A stretch of DNA of 64,000 bases from an uncultured Chromatiaceae bacterium (GTDB lineage Bacteria; Pseudomonadota; Gammaproteobacteria; Steroidobacterales; GCA-2729495). A program made the translations under genes and the position numbers. Positions 33,722 through 43,657 of this stretch are shown piece by piece. Location of the stretch: NCBI GenBank assembly GCA_964403135.1, contig CAYOFE010000001.1:1647-65646 (forward strand). The letters run 5' to 3'. A model generated the notes under the pieces. That model ran no database searches. It saw nothing but the letters and a program-made list of their open reading frames with translations, and was not told where the DNA came from. Position 1 is the stretch's first letter. Each line of letters opens with the position of its first letter.

Positions 33722-34485
33722 CCGCGCGCCCGCACCTTATAGTTGCCGCGCTCCTTGTCGAACTCCAGCTGCAGCAATCCCTGCCTGGCTGCATCCTCCA
33801 GCAGCTCGGCGAAGCTGCGGTAGCCATAGGCCGTCTCGTTGAAGCCGGGATACTTGCGCCGCACCGTCTGCTTCACCAGCGAGCCCCATAACGGGTCGTA
33901 CTCGGCTGAGAGCGATTCCACGGTGTCGGCCACGCGGTCGAGCGCTTCCTGCTGCTCGTTGGATTTGGCCTTCCTCGCGCGCGTCTTCGGCCGCTGCGAA
34001 ACCTTCAGCAGGTCGTCGTAGAAAATGAACTCGTCGCAGTTCGAGGCGAGCAGATCGGACGTCGAGTTACGCACGCCGCAGCCGATGACGCGCTTGTCGT
34101 TTTCCTTGAGCTTGGACACCAGCGGCGAGAAATCGCTGTCGCCGGTGAGCAGCGCAAACGCGTCGATGTGCGACTTGGAGTAGCACATGTCGAGGGCGTC
34201 CACCACCATGCGGATGTCAGCGCTGTTCTTGCCACTCATCTTGGTCTGCGGGATATCGATCATCTCGAAGCCGTTGCGATGGAACTCCTGCATAAAGTTG
34301 CGGTAACGGGTCCAGTCGCAGTAGGCGCGCTTGGCGACCACGCGGCCCTTCTCCAGCAGGCGCCTGAGCACGAGCTCGATTTCGAATCGGGTGCCCTTGA
34401 TATCTTCGGCGCCGAGCGCCAGGTTCTCGAAATCGACGAAGACCGCCAGCGTCAGCTCGGCCCGATTGCTTGTGTCCTGCGCCAT
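33718..34485 (-). CDS. NYN-domain (LabA-like) ribonuclease-fold protein with C-terminal OST-HTH/LOTUS-like domain
   Basis: Motifs VFVDFENL and LLTGDSDFSPLV. The C-terminal ~70 aa (YGYRSFAELLEDAARQGLLQLE) are LOTUS-like. Confidence 0.8.
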   Translation of the reverse strand: MAQDTSNRAELTLAVFVDFENLALGAEDIKGTRFEIELVLRRLLEKGRVVAKRAYCDWTRYRNFMQEFHRNGFEMIDIPQTKMSGKNSADIRMVVDALDMCYSKSHIDAFALLTGDSDFSPLVSKLKENDKRVIGCGVRNSTSDLLASNCDEFIFYDDLLKVSQRPKTRARKAKSNEQQEALDRVADTVESLSAEYDPLWGSLVKQTVRRKYPGFNETAYGYRSFAELLEDAARQGLLQLEFDKERGNYKVRARG

Positions 34486-34532
34486 GCACGTGATCCCCTG
34501 CTAGTATTCCGCGAACTCTACCACGACACTCA

Positions 34533-36521
34533 ATGGCCAGAAGCGCGATGTCGATCCGCCGGCTGACGGTTTTCTTCTGGGGCCTCGTGTTGTGCGCAGC
34601 GGGCGAAGCGCGGACCTGGTCCTGGTACGGCGGCGATGCCGGCGGCACGCGCTTCTCGCCACTCGCGCAGATCACTCGCGACAACGTCGGCAACCTCCAG
34701 CTCGCCTGGAGCTGGCGGCACGGCGATTTCGCGCAGCACGCTGACCGGCGTAGCTTTGCCGGGTTTCACGTCACGCCGATCCTGCTGCCTGGCGAAGCGG
34801 GCGGGCATCTCGTCGTGTGCACGCCGTTCAACCGCGTGGTCGCGCTGGACCCGGCAACCGGCGCCGAACGCTGGAGTCACGACCCGAAAGTGCAACTGAG
34901 CGAGGTGCCGACGCGAATCAAGTGCCTGGGTGTCGCGTACTGGCGCGACCGGCAGGCGGGGACCGGCGCACGCTGCGCGCACCGCCTGTTTACGGGAACC
35001 ACCGACCGGCGCCTGCTCGCGCTCGACGCACGCGACGGCGCATTCTGTACGGACTTCGGCGCCGGCGGACAGGTGGACGTGAACCCGATCATCGCCACGA
35101 CGAGGCCCGCGCATCCGGACCCTTGGGGAACGATTTTCTCGGCGCCGCCCGTGGTGGTGAACGGCATCGTGGTAATCGGCCACATCAATAATATGAAGAA
35201 CCAGTTCGCCGCAGCACCAAGCGGCGCAACGCGCGCGTTCGATGCGCGCAGCGGCGCGCTGCGCTGGAGTTTCGACCCGGTGCCGCGCGACCGTGCCGAC
35301 GCTCCGGCGCTCGGCTGGACACCGCAGGCACTGGAGAAAACCGGTGGCGCCAACGTCTGGTCCACGCTGTCGGTCGACGAGGCGCGCGACCTGGTGTTCC
35401 TGCCCACGGCGAGCGCCTCGCCGAACTTCTTCGGCGGCACCCGGCCCGGCGACAACCGTTATGCGAACTCGGTGGTCGCGTTGCGCGGCGCCACGGGCGA
35501 AGTGGCCTGGCATTTCCAGACCATTCGCCACGACGTGTGGGACTGGGACCTGCCGACCAATCCGATGCTCATCGATCTGGAACGCGACGGACAGAGCATC
35601 CCGGCAGTCGTGCAGCTCACCAAGCAAGGCTACGTGTTCGTGCTGCACCGGGAAACCGGCGCACCGCTGTTCCCGGTCGAGGAGCGGCCCGTGCCAACCG
35701 ATGGCGTGCCGGGCGAGTCGCTCTCGCCGACGCAGCCGTTCCCGGTAAAGCCGCCACCGCTGATGAAAACCGGCATCGCGCCCGACGACGCCTGGGGCCT
35801 CACCATCTGGGATCGCGGCAAGTGCCGCGACTGGCTGGCAAGCGCCCGAACCGGGCCGATTTTCACGCCGCCCTCGACACGGGGCTGGATCATGTTCCCC
35901 GGCACGGCGGGCGGCATGAACTGGGGCGGCGGCGCCTTCGACCCGCAGCGTAACTTGCTGGTGACCAGCGTGTCGCAGGTCGGCATGTGGCTGCGGTTGC
36001 TGTCGAATGCCGGGCTGCCCCCGGAGGAGAAGTTCGATGCCTCGGCCGGCGCGCCAATGGGACGGCCGGCGTCGATCCAGGGCACGCCCTACGCGGTGGA
36101 GCAGAAAATCCTGCTTGGCCCGCTGTTCATGCCCTGCACGCCGCCGCCCTGGTCCTCGCTGGTGGCAGTGGATCTCGCGGCCGGTGCGATCCGCTGGTCG
36201 GTACCGCTCGGCACCACCGAGCATCTCTCGCCGGTACCGATTCCGCTGAAGTGGGGCTCACCGATAGCCGGCGGGCCGATCGTGACAGCAGGCGGCGTCG
36301 TGTTCATCGCCGCCACGGCCGATCACCGCATCCGCGCATTCGATGTCGAGTCTGGCGAGGAACTGTGGAGCGCCGAGATGCCGACTGCCGGGCACGCTAC
36401 GCCCATGACTTACGAAACCAGCGGCCGGCAGTTCCTGGTGATCGCCGCCGGCGGTCACATGTTCATCAACGCCCGCAACATCGACGATTATCTGCTCGCT
36501 TATGCGCTGCCGCGGCACTGA
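34533..36521 (+). CDS. PQQ-dependent dehydrogenase (quinoprotein, exported)
   Basis: Signal peptide, then WSWYGGDAGGTRFSPL start and a beta-propeller repeat pattern typical of the glucose/alcohol quinoprotein family. Confidence 0.85.
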   Translation: MARSAMSIRRLTVFFWGLVLCAAGEARTWSWYGGDAGGTRFSPLAQITRDNVGNLQLAWSWRHGDFAQHADRRSFAGFHVTPILLPGEAGGHLVVCTPFNRVVALDPATGAERWSHDPKVQLSEVPTRIKCLGVAYWRDRQAGTGARCAHRLFTGTTDRRLLALDARDGAFCTDFGAGGQVDVNPIIATTRPAHPDPWGTIFSAPPVVVNGIVVIGHINNMKNQFAAAPSGATRAFDARSGALRWSFDPVPRDRADAPALGWTPQALEKTGGANVWSTLSVDEARDLVFLPTASASPNFFGGTRPGDNRYANSVVALRGATGEVAWHFQTIRHDVWDWDLPTNPMLIDLERDGQSIPAVVQLTKQGYVFVLHRETGAPLFPVEERPVPTDGVPGESLSPTQPFPVKPPPLMKTGIAPDDAWGLTIWDRGKCRDWLASARTGPIFTPPSTRGWIMFPGTAGGMNWGGGAFDPQRNLLVTSVSQVGMWLRLLSNAGLPPEEKFDASAGAPMGRPASIQGTPYAVEQKILLGPLFMPCTPPPWSSLVAVDLAAGAIRWSVPLGTTEHLSPVPIPLKWGSPIAGGPIVTAGGVVFIAATADHRIRAFDVESGEELWSAEMPTAGHATPMTYETSGRQFLVIAAGGHMFINARNIDDYLLAYALPRH

Positions 36522-36623
36522 CCGCAGCGCGGAATGCGGCAGCGTCCGCCCTATGGATTCTTGCAGGGCGCCGTGCCATGATCCCGGGCGCCCGGATTCC
36601 AACCAGAACAGGGGGTTTCATTC

Positions 36624-36962
36624 ATGAAGAAGGCGACTATCGCAGCGCTGGCTCTGCTCGTCGCGGCTCCGTTTGCCGGACCCGCGTTTGCAGAAGACGC
36701 CGGACACTGCAACTACGTGCAACAGAACATGTTCGCAGGCCCATTCAAGGTCTGCGAGATGCCGATCGATGCGGCCAAGTGCGCGGAGCTCGGCAAAACC
36801 GACGAGAATAAGGACGCGGTGCATGCCGCGGGCGCCTGCACCACCGAAAGCCTGGTCGGCACCTGCGACAAAGGCGCGACCAAGCTGCTCTACTATGAAG
36901 GGGATGCTGCGGGCCTGGAGATCGGTTGCGGATTCCAGGGCGGCACCTGGGTCAAGCCGTAA
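36624..36962 (+). CDS. Small secreted Cys-rich protein, unknown function
   Basis: Signal peptide MKKATIAALALLVAAPFAGPAFA and 6 Cys. Followed by a clear terminator. Confidence 0.45.
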   Translation: MKKATIAALALLVAAPFAGPAFAEDAGHCNYVQQNMFAGPFKVCEMPIDAAKCAELGKTDENKDAVHAAGACTTESLVGTCDKGATKLLYYEGDAAGLEIGCGFQGGTWVKP

Positions 36963-36984
36963 GCGGCGCACCACGCGTACACAG

Positions 36985-37015
36985 GGCCGGGCCTTTCGGG
37001 GTCCGGCCTTTTTTT
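36985..37015 (+). terminator. Rho-independent terminator
   Basis: 9-bp GC-rich stem (36985-36993 / 37000-37008, one G-T pair) followed by a run of seven T (37009-37015). Confidence 0.7.
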
Positions 37016-38039
37016 AACCCGCCGTCAGGCGCGCTTCCAGGAACCGCGCGATTTCCTCCGATGCCATCCGGGCTTCAGGCGCCGTGGCGTGGTCCTGCCA
37101 GACGTGCCACATGCCTTCCCACACATCCAGCGTCACGTCCACACCGGCTGCCCGGGCACGACGCGCCAGGCGCACCGAATCGCTGAGCAGCACCTCGCGT
37201 GTGCCGACCTGGATCAGCAGCGGCGGGAAGCCGGCGAAATCACCGTAGACCGGCGAGATCAGCGGATCGCGCCGGTCGTGCGTGCCGGCGTAAGCGCCGA
37301 ATCTCACGGTTGGATCACCGACGACGATCGGGTCGTAAGCGGCTAGCGTCACGCGCGTGTCACTGGTCGGCGATAGATCCGTGAGCGGCGAGAGCGCCAC
37401 CACGGCGGCGGGCAGGGGCAATTTGTCGCGGCGCGCGCCGAGCGCGCAGGCAACCGCGAGACCGCCGCCGGCCGAGTCACCCATGAAGGCGATGTCGCTG
37501 CCCTTGCGCCCGCTCTTCAGCAGCCAGCGATAGGCGGCAAGGCAGTCATCGAGCGCTGCCGGGTAAGGTTGCTCGGGCGCCAGTCGATACTCCACCGACA
37601 GCACCGGGATCCCCGCGGCCGGACCGATTCGCAGCGGAATCCCAAGATTGCTGACCGCGGAACCGAGGATATAGCCACCGCCGTGCAGGTAAATGATCGC
37701 CTTGCCGGCATGGCGTGGAGTGCCTGTGCGTACCCAATAGGCCGTCACGCCACCGGCGTCGACCTCCTCGAGGCGGTAATCGGTGGCGATCCTGCGCGCG
37801 TTCGCGAGAAACATCTGCGCCAGCCCGTTGCGCATGCGCTGCATCGCCTGCGCGTCCGTGTAGTCCATTTCGACCGGTGGACGCGGCCTCATATTGCGAT
37901 AGAACGCCTGCGCTTCCGGACTGATCGAGGCAGGGACTGGCGGTGGCATTGGCGCCTGGGCGAACGCAGTAGCAGTCCAGGCTGCGAAGCCGGCCAGGAC
38001 CACGCCCGCACCCGACATGTTTTTGGTGCGCTCGGTCAT
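37014..38039 (-). CDS. Alpha/beta hydrolase, HSL-like esterase/lipase (exported)
   Basis: HGGGY oxyanion motif and GDSAGG nucleophile elbow, with signal peptide. Confidence 0.8.
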   Translation of the reverse strand: MTERTKNMSGAGVVLAGFAAWTATAFAQAPMPPPVPASISPEAQAFYRNMRPRPPVEMDYTDAQAMQRMRNGLAQMFLANARRIATDYRLEEVDAGGVTAYWVRTGTPRHAGKAIIYLHGGGYILGSAVSNLGIPLRIGPAAGIPVLSVEYRLAPEQPYPAALDDCLAAYRWLLKSGRKGSDIAFMGDSAGGGLAVACALGARRDKLPLPAAVVALSPLTDLSPTSDTRVTLAAYDPIVVGDPTVRFGAYAGTHDRRDPLISPVYGDFAGFPPLLIQVGTREVLLSDSVRLARRARAAGVDVTLDVWEGMWHVWQDHATAPEARMASEEIARFLEARLTAG

Positions 38040-38077
38040 GTGGGCTCCCCCTCAGGCGGCACCACGCCGCCAATCAA

Positions 38078-39292
38078 CTATATCCGCATGCCACGGATAA
38101 CAGTGTTGATGAGAAATGCGTTGTCCCAGCCGGGTTTCAAGGGCTGGTAACCATTGAACGGCCCGAGCCGCACCACCACCAGGTCGAGCGAACGCGAGAC
38201 GTAGACGCGCTGGCCGCCCCGGCCGATCAGCATGAAAAGATCCGGCGCCAGGTACGGCTCGGACTGTCGAAGCTCGGTATCGGCCACATGCCGGCGCTCG
38301 TCGATCCCGGCGCCGAGCCAGGTAAAAAAGCCGTAGCCGGCGTAGGCGGGCGATGGCGTGATCATTTTCTCGATCCATCCGTCCGGGAACACCTGGGCAC
38401 CGTTGACCCGACCATGGTCCTTGAGCATCACCCCTAAGCGCACCCAGGACATAGCGGGCGCAAGCAGGCAACACGCCGTCATCGCCCCACCCTGATCGCG
38501 ATCCAGCCAGATCCGTGCGGCCGGGGCGCCGATCGGCCGCCATAGTTTCTCCGACAGGTACTGCGCGTAGCGCCTGCCGGTGGCGCGCTCGACGATCATG
38601 CCGGCGAGCTGCGCGTTGACGTCGTTGTAGTCGAAACGGCTGCCGGGCGCCCACTCCTGCCGAGTGCCGAGCACCACCGGGTAGCGGTCGGCGCTGAACA
38701 GAAAACGGAATGCGCTGTCCTGCGCAAACGGGTTCATGGTGAACTCGTATTGAGCCAGCCCGCTCGACATGCTGATCACGTCGCGAATGCGCATCGCGCC
38801 GCGCGCATCGCCCTGCCATTCCGGCAGGTACTTCCCGACCGGCTCGTCCTCGGATTCGATGTAACCGTCGGCAATAGCCGCACCGATCATCAGCGCGGTG
38901 ACGGTCTTGTTCATGGACTGCGAATGCGTGAGCCGCTCGCGGTTCCAGCCGGGGGCGTACCACTCGGTCTGCATCACGCCACGATGCACCACAATGAGCG
39001 CGAACGTGTCGAAGCGAGCCGCGTACCGCTCAGCCTCGCGCAGCGCCTCTGCCCTGATCGTGAGCCCTGGCTCCTCGGCAACGGGCAGCGGGGACCCGCT
39101 GGATCCTGGCACCTCCTCGAGCGGCGCCAGGTTCAGATACCCCGGATCGAGGTGGGTCATGGTGTCGAACCACCGGCGCCAGTACAGCGGGTCGCGCCAG
39201 TAGTCGATGTTCAGCCAGGCGAATCCGGCGAGGGCAACTGCGCCTGACAGGCGAAGAATCCAACTGCGCATGGCCTGCCTCCCCGACGGCAT
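38078..39292 (-). CDS. Serine hydrolase of the beta-lactamase/class C esterase family
   Basis: SMNK (SxxK) motif, 404 aa, N-terminal membrane/signal segment. Confidence 0.8.
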   Translation of the reverse strand: MPSGRQAMRSWILRLSGAVALAGFAWLNIDYWRDPLYWRRWFDTMTHLDPGYLNLAPLEEVPGSSGSPLPVAEEPGLTIRAEALREAERYAARFDTFALIVVHRGVMQTEWYAPGWNRERLTHSQSMNKTVTALMIGAAIADGYIESEDEPVGKYLPEWQGDARGAMRIRDVISMSSGLAQYEFTMNPFAQDSAFRFLFSADRYPVVLGTRQEWAPGSRFDYNDVNAQLAGMIVERATGRRYAQYLSEKLWRPIGAPAARIWLDRDQGGAMTACCLLAPAMSWVRLGVMLKDHGRVNGAQVFPDGWIEKMITPSPAYAGYGFFTWLGAGIDERRHVADTELRQSEPYLAPDLFMLIGRGGQRVYVSRSLDLVVVRLGPFNGYQPLKPGWDNAFLINTVIRGMRI

Positions 39293-39331
39293 GATCCGGC
39301 AAGCGGGCGGCAGCGGGAAGACCCGCCGGGC

Positions 39332-39715
39332 TTACGGCTGGTTCGCGTGGCAGTACTCGGCAACCTCCGCCATGGCCTCGTGGCAGTACGCCGAGGTCAG
39401 GCTCACTACGCCGGTGCAACCCTGGATCAGCCAGGCCTCGATACCCATGACGTCGTTGGTGCCCTGCGGCGGCACGCCCTTGCAGACGGCGGCGTTCGCC
39501 GGGCGGCTCTCGAGGCAGGAACGGATCGCCTGGCGGGCGTTGGCCACCCCGGCGCTTTTGGGGTGGAACCTCATGACCTCCGCCACACACGTGGACGGGC
39601 CCATCGCCGGCGGCCTGTTCGAAGGGGCCTCCGCGGCCGCTGCGGCGGACAGGGCCGCAGCGAACGCGGCAAATGCCAGCAGTCGGAAAAAAGTAAACGG
39701 GTTCGGCTGGGTCAT
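39332..39715 (-). CDS. Small secreted Cys-containing protein, unknown function
   Basis: Start moved to ATG 39715 (MTQPNPFTFFRLLAFAAFAAALSAAAAA). 6 Cys. First gene of a three-gene same-strand run. Confidence 0.4.
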   Translation of the reverse strand: MTQPNPFTFFRLLAFAAFAAALSAAAAAEAPSNRPPAMGPSTCVAEVMRFHPKSAGVANARQAIRSCLESRPANAAVCKGVPPQGTNDVMGIEAWLIQGCTGVVSLTSAYCHEAMAEVAEYCHANQP

Positions 39716-39761
39716 GAGGTGCTCCTGGCAGCTGATGCGGGTTATTTCGACAACGCAGCGG

Positions 39762-40724
39762 CTACCGATTCGCGTCAGGGCGCCGCTGCGCCCTGCGCAG
39801 GTAACCCGGCGCCACATCGGCGAGATCCGCAGCAGAAATTCCCAGCCAGCCAAGGCCTGGATGCTGCCCGGTAGCAACGCTTGGCACCTTCATGGAGTCG
39901 AGGTTGTCGCGCGACATGAGTGTCTCGCCCGGCAGCAGTTCCATCGCCAGGGCCTGCAGCCGGGCCAGGGGGCCTGGAAGTCCGAGCACGGGCCGCGGAT
40001 GTCCCGACCACTGGCCAGCAAGCCTCACGATCTCTTTCAGCGTGTACTCCCGTGGGCCGGCACATTCGATGGTGAGGCCGATGGTGTCGGGGCGGTCGAG
40101 ACACGCGACGATCGCCCCGGCCACGTCCTCCACCCACACCGGCTGGTAGCGTGAGTCGGCCCCCGCCAGCGGTATCACCGGGAACACCGCCAGCAGCCGG
40201 GCAAAAAGGTTCAGAAACCGGTCGGGGGCGCCGAAGATTACCGACGGGCGGAGCACGGTCAGGTCAAGGCCAGCTTCCCTGAGCATCTGCTCGCCCCGAC
40301 CCTTGGAACGCAGGTATTCGCTGGGGCCGTCGGCGGCCGCGCCGAGCGCACTCACATGCACGAGCCTGCGCACGCCGGCCGTCCGGCACGCCCGTGCGAG
40401 CCGGCGCGGCAGATCGGCGTGCACGCGCCCGAATTCGGCTGCCGAGCCATGCAGAATCGCGATCAGGTTGACGACCGCGTCACGACCCGCGACCAGGCGG
40501 GCGAGCACCGCGTCGTCGTGCACATCGGCCGCGATGACTTGGACGCCATTGACTGGCGTGGCCACGGCTGGCCCCAGCCCACGGCTTGGCACGGTGACCG
40601 CGCACGCCGGACGCGCCGCGAGCATGGTGCACAGGCTTCTCCCGAGGAACCCGCTGCCGCCAAGGACGAGAACGTCGCGCACCGCCGGCCGCACAGTCGT
40701 CCGGCGCTCAGGCGGGGCGGGCAC
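39762..40724 (-). CDS. NAD(P)H-binding atypical SDR (NDUFA9 / NmrA-like)
   Basis: VLVLGGSGFLGRSL Rossmann motif, 320 aa. Overlaps the preceding gene by 17 nt. Confidence 0.75.
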   Translation of the reverse strand: MPAPPERRTTVRPAVRDVLVLGGSGFLGRSLCTMLAARPACAVTVPSRGLGPAVATPVNGVQVIAADVHDDAVLARLVAGRDAVVNLIAILHGSAAEFGRVHADLPRRLARACRTAGVRRLVHVSALGAAADGPSEYLRSKGRGEQMLREAGLDLTVLRPSVIFGAPDRFLNLFARLLAVFPVIPLAGADSRYQPVWVEDVAGAIVACLDRPDTIGLTIECAGPREYTLKEIVRLAGQWSGHPRPVLGLPGPLARLQALAMELLPGETLMSRDNLDSMKVPSVATGQHPGLGWLGISAADLADVAPGYLRRAQRRPDANR

Positions 40725-41478
40725 GTACCGGATTCGTCGCGGGAGGTTGCAGCAGCGAGACGAGCGTCACCACCACCGCTACCGCGCAGCCTGCCGCGGC
40801 GGCGAACCGTACCGCAGCGCTGGTCGGCAGCGTCTGCAGGACGATGCCGAGCGAGGCCCAGGCGAATACCGCGGTGAAAACGGCATCGCGAGTCTGCACC
40901 CCGGCAGCCGAATAGATGCCGGTCGCGGTGACCACGGTGAGCAGCGCCCACTCCTCCATGGCCAACCCGAACGGGTAAACGCCGAGGTCATAGAACCACG
41001 CCGCAAGGTTCGCGAGCGTGGCGGTGGTAATCCAGCCGAGGTACAGGCTGAACGGCATATCCACGCACCATCGCTCGCGGCGTGATGACGGCGCTGCATG
41101 GCCCAGGCGCACGTAGACCAGCAGAAGGCTCAGCAGCAGAGCAACCATGAGCACGAAGCTCGCCGCGATCAGCTCGTAGTGCCACATGAATATCCATGCG
41201 GCATTAGCCACGCAGCTGACGAGGTACGGAGCCTCGATGGCGCGCAGCCTCGCGTTGACCGACTCCGACGCCCGGGCCGCGTAGACGCCAAATGCAATCA
41301 GCCCGATATAAATGAGGCTCCAGATGGAAAATACCCACCCGGCGGGCGTGAACCCCGTCGGGTAGTTGGCGCTCATTTCGCCGGTGTTGATGCCATTGAT
41401 CGGGACGATATTTGCCGCAGCATTGACGCCAATCACCAGGACTGTCGCAAGCAACGGCAGATATCGCCTCATCACCAT
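40708..41478 (-). CDS. TspO/MBR-related tryptophan-rich membrane protein (long form)
   Basis: Polytopic. FTPAGWVFSIWSLIYIGL and W-rich helices resemble proteins annotated as tryptophan-rich sensory protein. Assignment from memory only. Confidence 0.5.
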   Translation of the reverse strand: MVMRRYLPLLATVLVIGVNAAANIVPINGINTGEMSANYPTGFTPAGWVFSIWSLIYIGLIAFGVYAARASESVNARLRAIEAPYLVSCVANAAWIFMWHYELIAASFVLMVALLLSLLLVYVRLGHAAPSSRRERWCVDMPFSLYLGWITTATLANLAAWFYDLGVYPFGLAMEEWALLTVVTATGIYSAAGVQTRDAVFTAVFAWASLGIVLQTLPTSAAVRFAAAAGCAVAVVVTLVSLLQPPATNPVRARPA

Positions 41479-42849
41479 TTACCCCGCGAAGTCGTCGAGC
41501 AGGATCAGGCCTGCGGACGCGCCCCCGCCGGCGGCATCACGCGCCACTGCAGTATAGACCCCGCCAGCCTGCACGGTAACCGTCACGTCGAGCGCGACCT
41601 GGCTGGAATCGCCGGCCGGCGTCAGCACCACGCGATAATCACCAGCCCCAAGCGGGACGTAGCCGGTGTCCGCCTGGAACGGCACGGCTGCGAACGCGGC
41701 GGTGTCGTCAGTGATGTCCGTATCGGCCTCGTCGACGACATAGATGTCCACCTCGCCGGCGGCTGGCGAGGCATGCACGAGCCGCACCTTCGCCTCGGTC
41801 GCTACGCGACGGTTGTCGTCGGCGAGAATCAGCTGCGAGATGTCGGCCAGCAAGCCGGTTGCCAGCACCGTATACGCCTTGCCCGCGGCGAGCGTGGCGT
41901 CGAAGTCCAGCACCACCGTGTTCGTGCCAGCTGCCGCGACCTTGAAGTTATAGGCATCCGCGGGCACCGCCAGGTAGGCGTCGGCGCCGGGGGCGACATC
42001 CGGGTAGGCCAAGCCGGAAACAGGCGGGCTGCCGAAGTCATCGTTCACGATCACGTCCACCGGGGGCGCATCCGGCGAGGCATGCACGACACGAACGTCC
42101 GCGGGGGTGCTGACATCGAGAATCTCTGCGCTGCCGGCGCCATCCAGAGCCACGAGCGAGATCGGCGCATCGCCGGTGCCGGTGTTCTCCACCGCAACGA
42201 TCAGCAGATCGGCTCCTGCGTCGAGCGGCAGGGCGCCGGAGTCGAAAACCACCGAAGCCGCGTCGCCCGCCAGCGTGACCCTGATCTGGTAGTCACCGGC
42301 CGGCACTTCAACCGGTCCCAGTTCTTCCTTGAAACTGAAGCTGCCGAGCGGTGTCTCCGCGCCGAGATCGGCTCCGGGCGCGGTGACGTAGACGTCCACC
42401 GCGGGCGCGCCGGGCGCGGCGTGCACGACCTGCGCGCGAATATTGCCGGCACCCAAAGGCTCCTGCGGGTTGGCGATGACCAGCGGCTCCTGTGTCGCGT
42501 CACCGACTTTGCCCACGGCGATCACGCTGTAATCGGTATCGCCATCGAGGTTCGTGTCGGGAAGATCGATCACGGTCGCATTTCCGCCCGGGATGATCCC
42601 TTCCACCGCGATGTCGTAGCTGCCTTCATCGAGATCGCGGAAAGCTGACCCGGTCTTGTAATCAACGCCCTCCAGCACCGCGTCGCCATCCACGATGACG
42701 TTGACCTTCGGCGCATCGGGAGATGCGTGCAGCACGCGCAGTGCGAGTTGCGCCGGCTGGAACGTCACGTCATCATCATCGTCGTCGCAGCCAGCGGCGA
42801 GAACCACCGCCATAAGAACCGGTGCAATGGCGAGAATTCTTTTCATCAT
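41479..42849 (-). CDS. DUF4397 repeat lipoprotein
   Basis: Lipobox LAAGC then a poly-Asp tract. Four repeats begin LRVLHASPDAPKVNV, AQVVHAAPGAPAVDV, VRVVHASPDAPPVDV and VRLVHASPAAGEVDI. Confidence 0.75.
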   Translation of the reverse strand: MMKRILAIAPVLMAVVLAAGCDDDDDDVTFQPAQLALRVLHASPDAPKVNVIVDGDAVLEGVDYKTGSAFRDLDEGSYDIAVEGIIPGGNATVIDLPDTNLDGDTDYSVIAVGKVGDATQEPLVIANPQEPLGAGNIRAQVVHAAPGAPAVDVYVTAPGADLGAETPLGSFSFKEELGPVEVPAGDYQIRVTLAGDAASVVFDSGALPLDAGADLLIVAVENTGTGDAPISLVALDGAGSAEILDVSTPADVRVVHASPDAPPVDVIVNDDFGSPPVSGLAYPDVAPGADAYLAVPADAYNFKVAAAGTNTVVLDFDATLAAGKAYTVLATGLLADISQLILADDNRRVATEAKVRLVHASPAAGEVDIYVVDEADTDITDDTAAFAAVPFQADTGYVPLGAGDYRVVLTPAGDSSQVALDVTVTVQAGGVYTAVARDAAGGGASAGLILLDDFAG

Positions 42850-42936
42850 GTCGGACTCTCCCGGGACACAATGTCCCTGCGTTTGAGCCCATTCGTCGCG
42901 CCGATCGGCGCAGATTCAGTGGTGCGGGGTCTCTGC

Positions 42937-43509
42937 ATGAGCAGGCGTGTTGCAATCTTGATGCTCGTCTCGTGGTTCGCAGTTGGCGCCTGCACCTCCA
43001 CCGGCCAGCCACCATTGCGCGGCATGGAGCAGCCGGTGGACCTGCCAAGGTTCATGGGCAAGTGGTACGTGATCGGCTACATCCCGATACACCTGCCGCC
43101 GCTGTTTTCGGAAAAAGATGCCTACAACGGCGTCGAGTCATACCGGCTGGACCCCGACGCAATGATCGCGACGACCTACACCTTTCGCCGCGGCTCGTTC
43201 GACGGCCCTGAAAAGAAATTCACGCCGCGGGCGCGCGTCGCCAACCCGCCGCTCAACAGCGAGTGGAAAATGAAGTTCTTCTGGTACCTGCCTGCCGGGG
43301 ACTGCCTGATCCTGCACGTGGACGGCGACTACCGCAGGACGATCATCGGCGTCCCGGACCGCAGCTACGTGTGGATCATGGCGCGAGAACCAGTCCTGGA
43401 AGATGCGGAGTACGCCGATCTGTGGGCGCTCGCTGCGCAGATGGGCTACGACGCCACGAAGATCGAGCGCGTGCCGCAGCAGCCGGCCTTCGATCGCACC
43501 GCACGCTGA
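42937..43509 (+). CDS. Bacterial lipocalin (Blc-like) lipoprotein
   Basis: Start moved to ATG 42937. Lipobox-like VGAC and the lipocalin motif [12 protein letters not shown]. Confidence 0.8.
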   Translation: MSRRVAILMLVSWFAVGACTSTGQPPLRGMEQPVDLPRFMGKWYVIGYIPIHLPPLFSEKDAYNGVESYRLDPDAMIATTYTFRRGSFDGPEKKFTPRARVANPPLNSEWKMKFFWYLPAGDCLILHVDGDYRRTIIGVPDRSYVWIMAREPVLEDAEYADLWALAAQMGYDATKIERVPQQPAFDRTAR

Positions 43510-43657
43510 AGCCGACCACGACCTGCCCCAGAACCAGCGCGACACCGCTATAAATGGATTGCGGTTGAATCCATCGGTGCTACCCGTGGCGAATAGCAGC
43601 CCAGCAGGCGCAATGCTTGGCCTGTTCAAGGCAATCAACCACCCAGGGAGTCTTACT

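Noticed and set aside
34530-36224. 564-aa ORF antisense to the PQQ dehydrogenase
   Set aside because: Shadow ORF of a confidently assigned gene. Its composition is dominated by Arg/Ala/Gly/Pro.
41098-42648. 516-aa plus-strand ORF across the DUF4397 gene
   Set aside because: Antisense to a gene with four clear protein repeats and a lipobox. No recognisable motifs.
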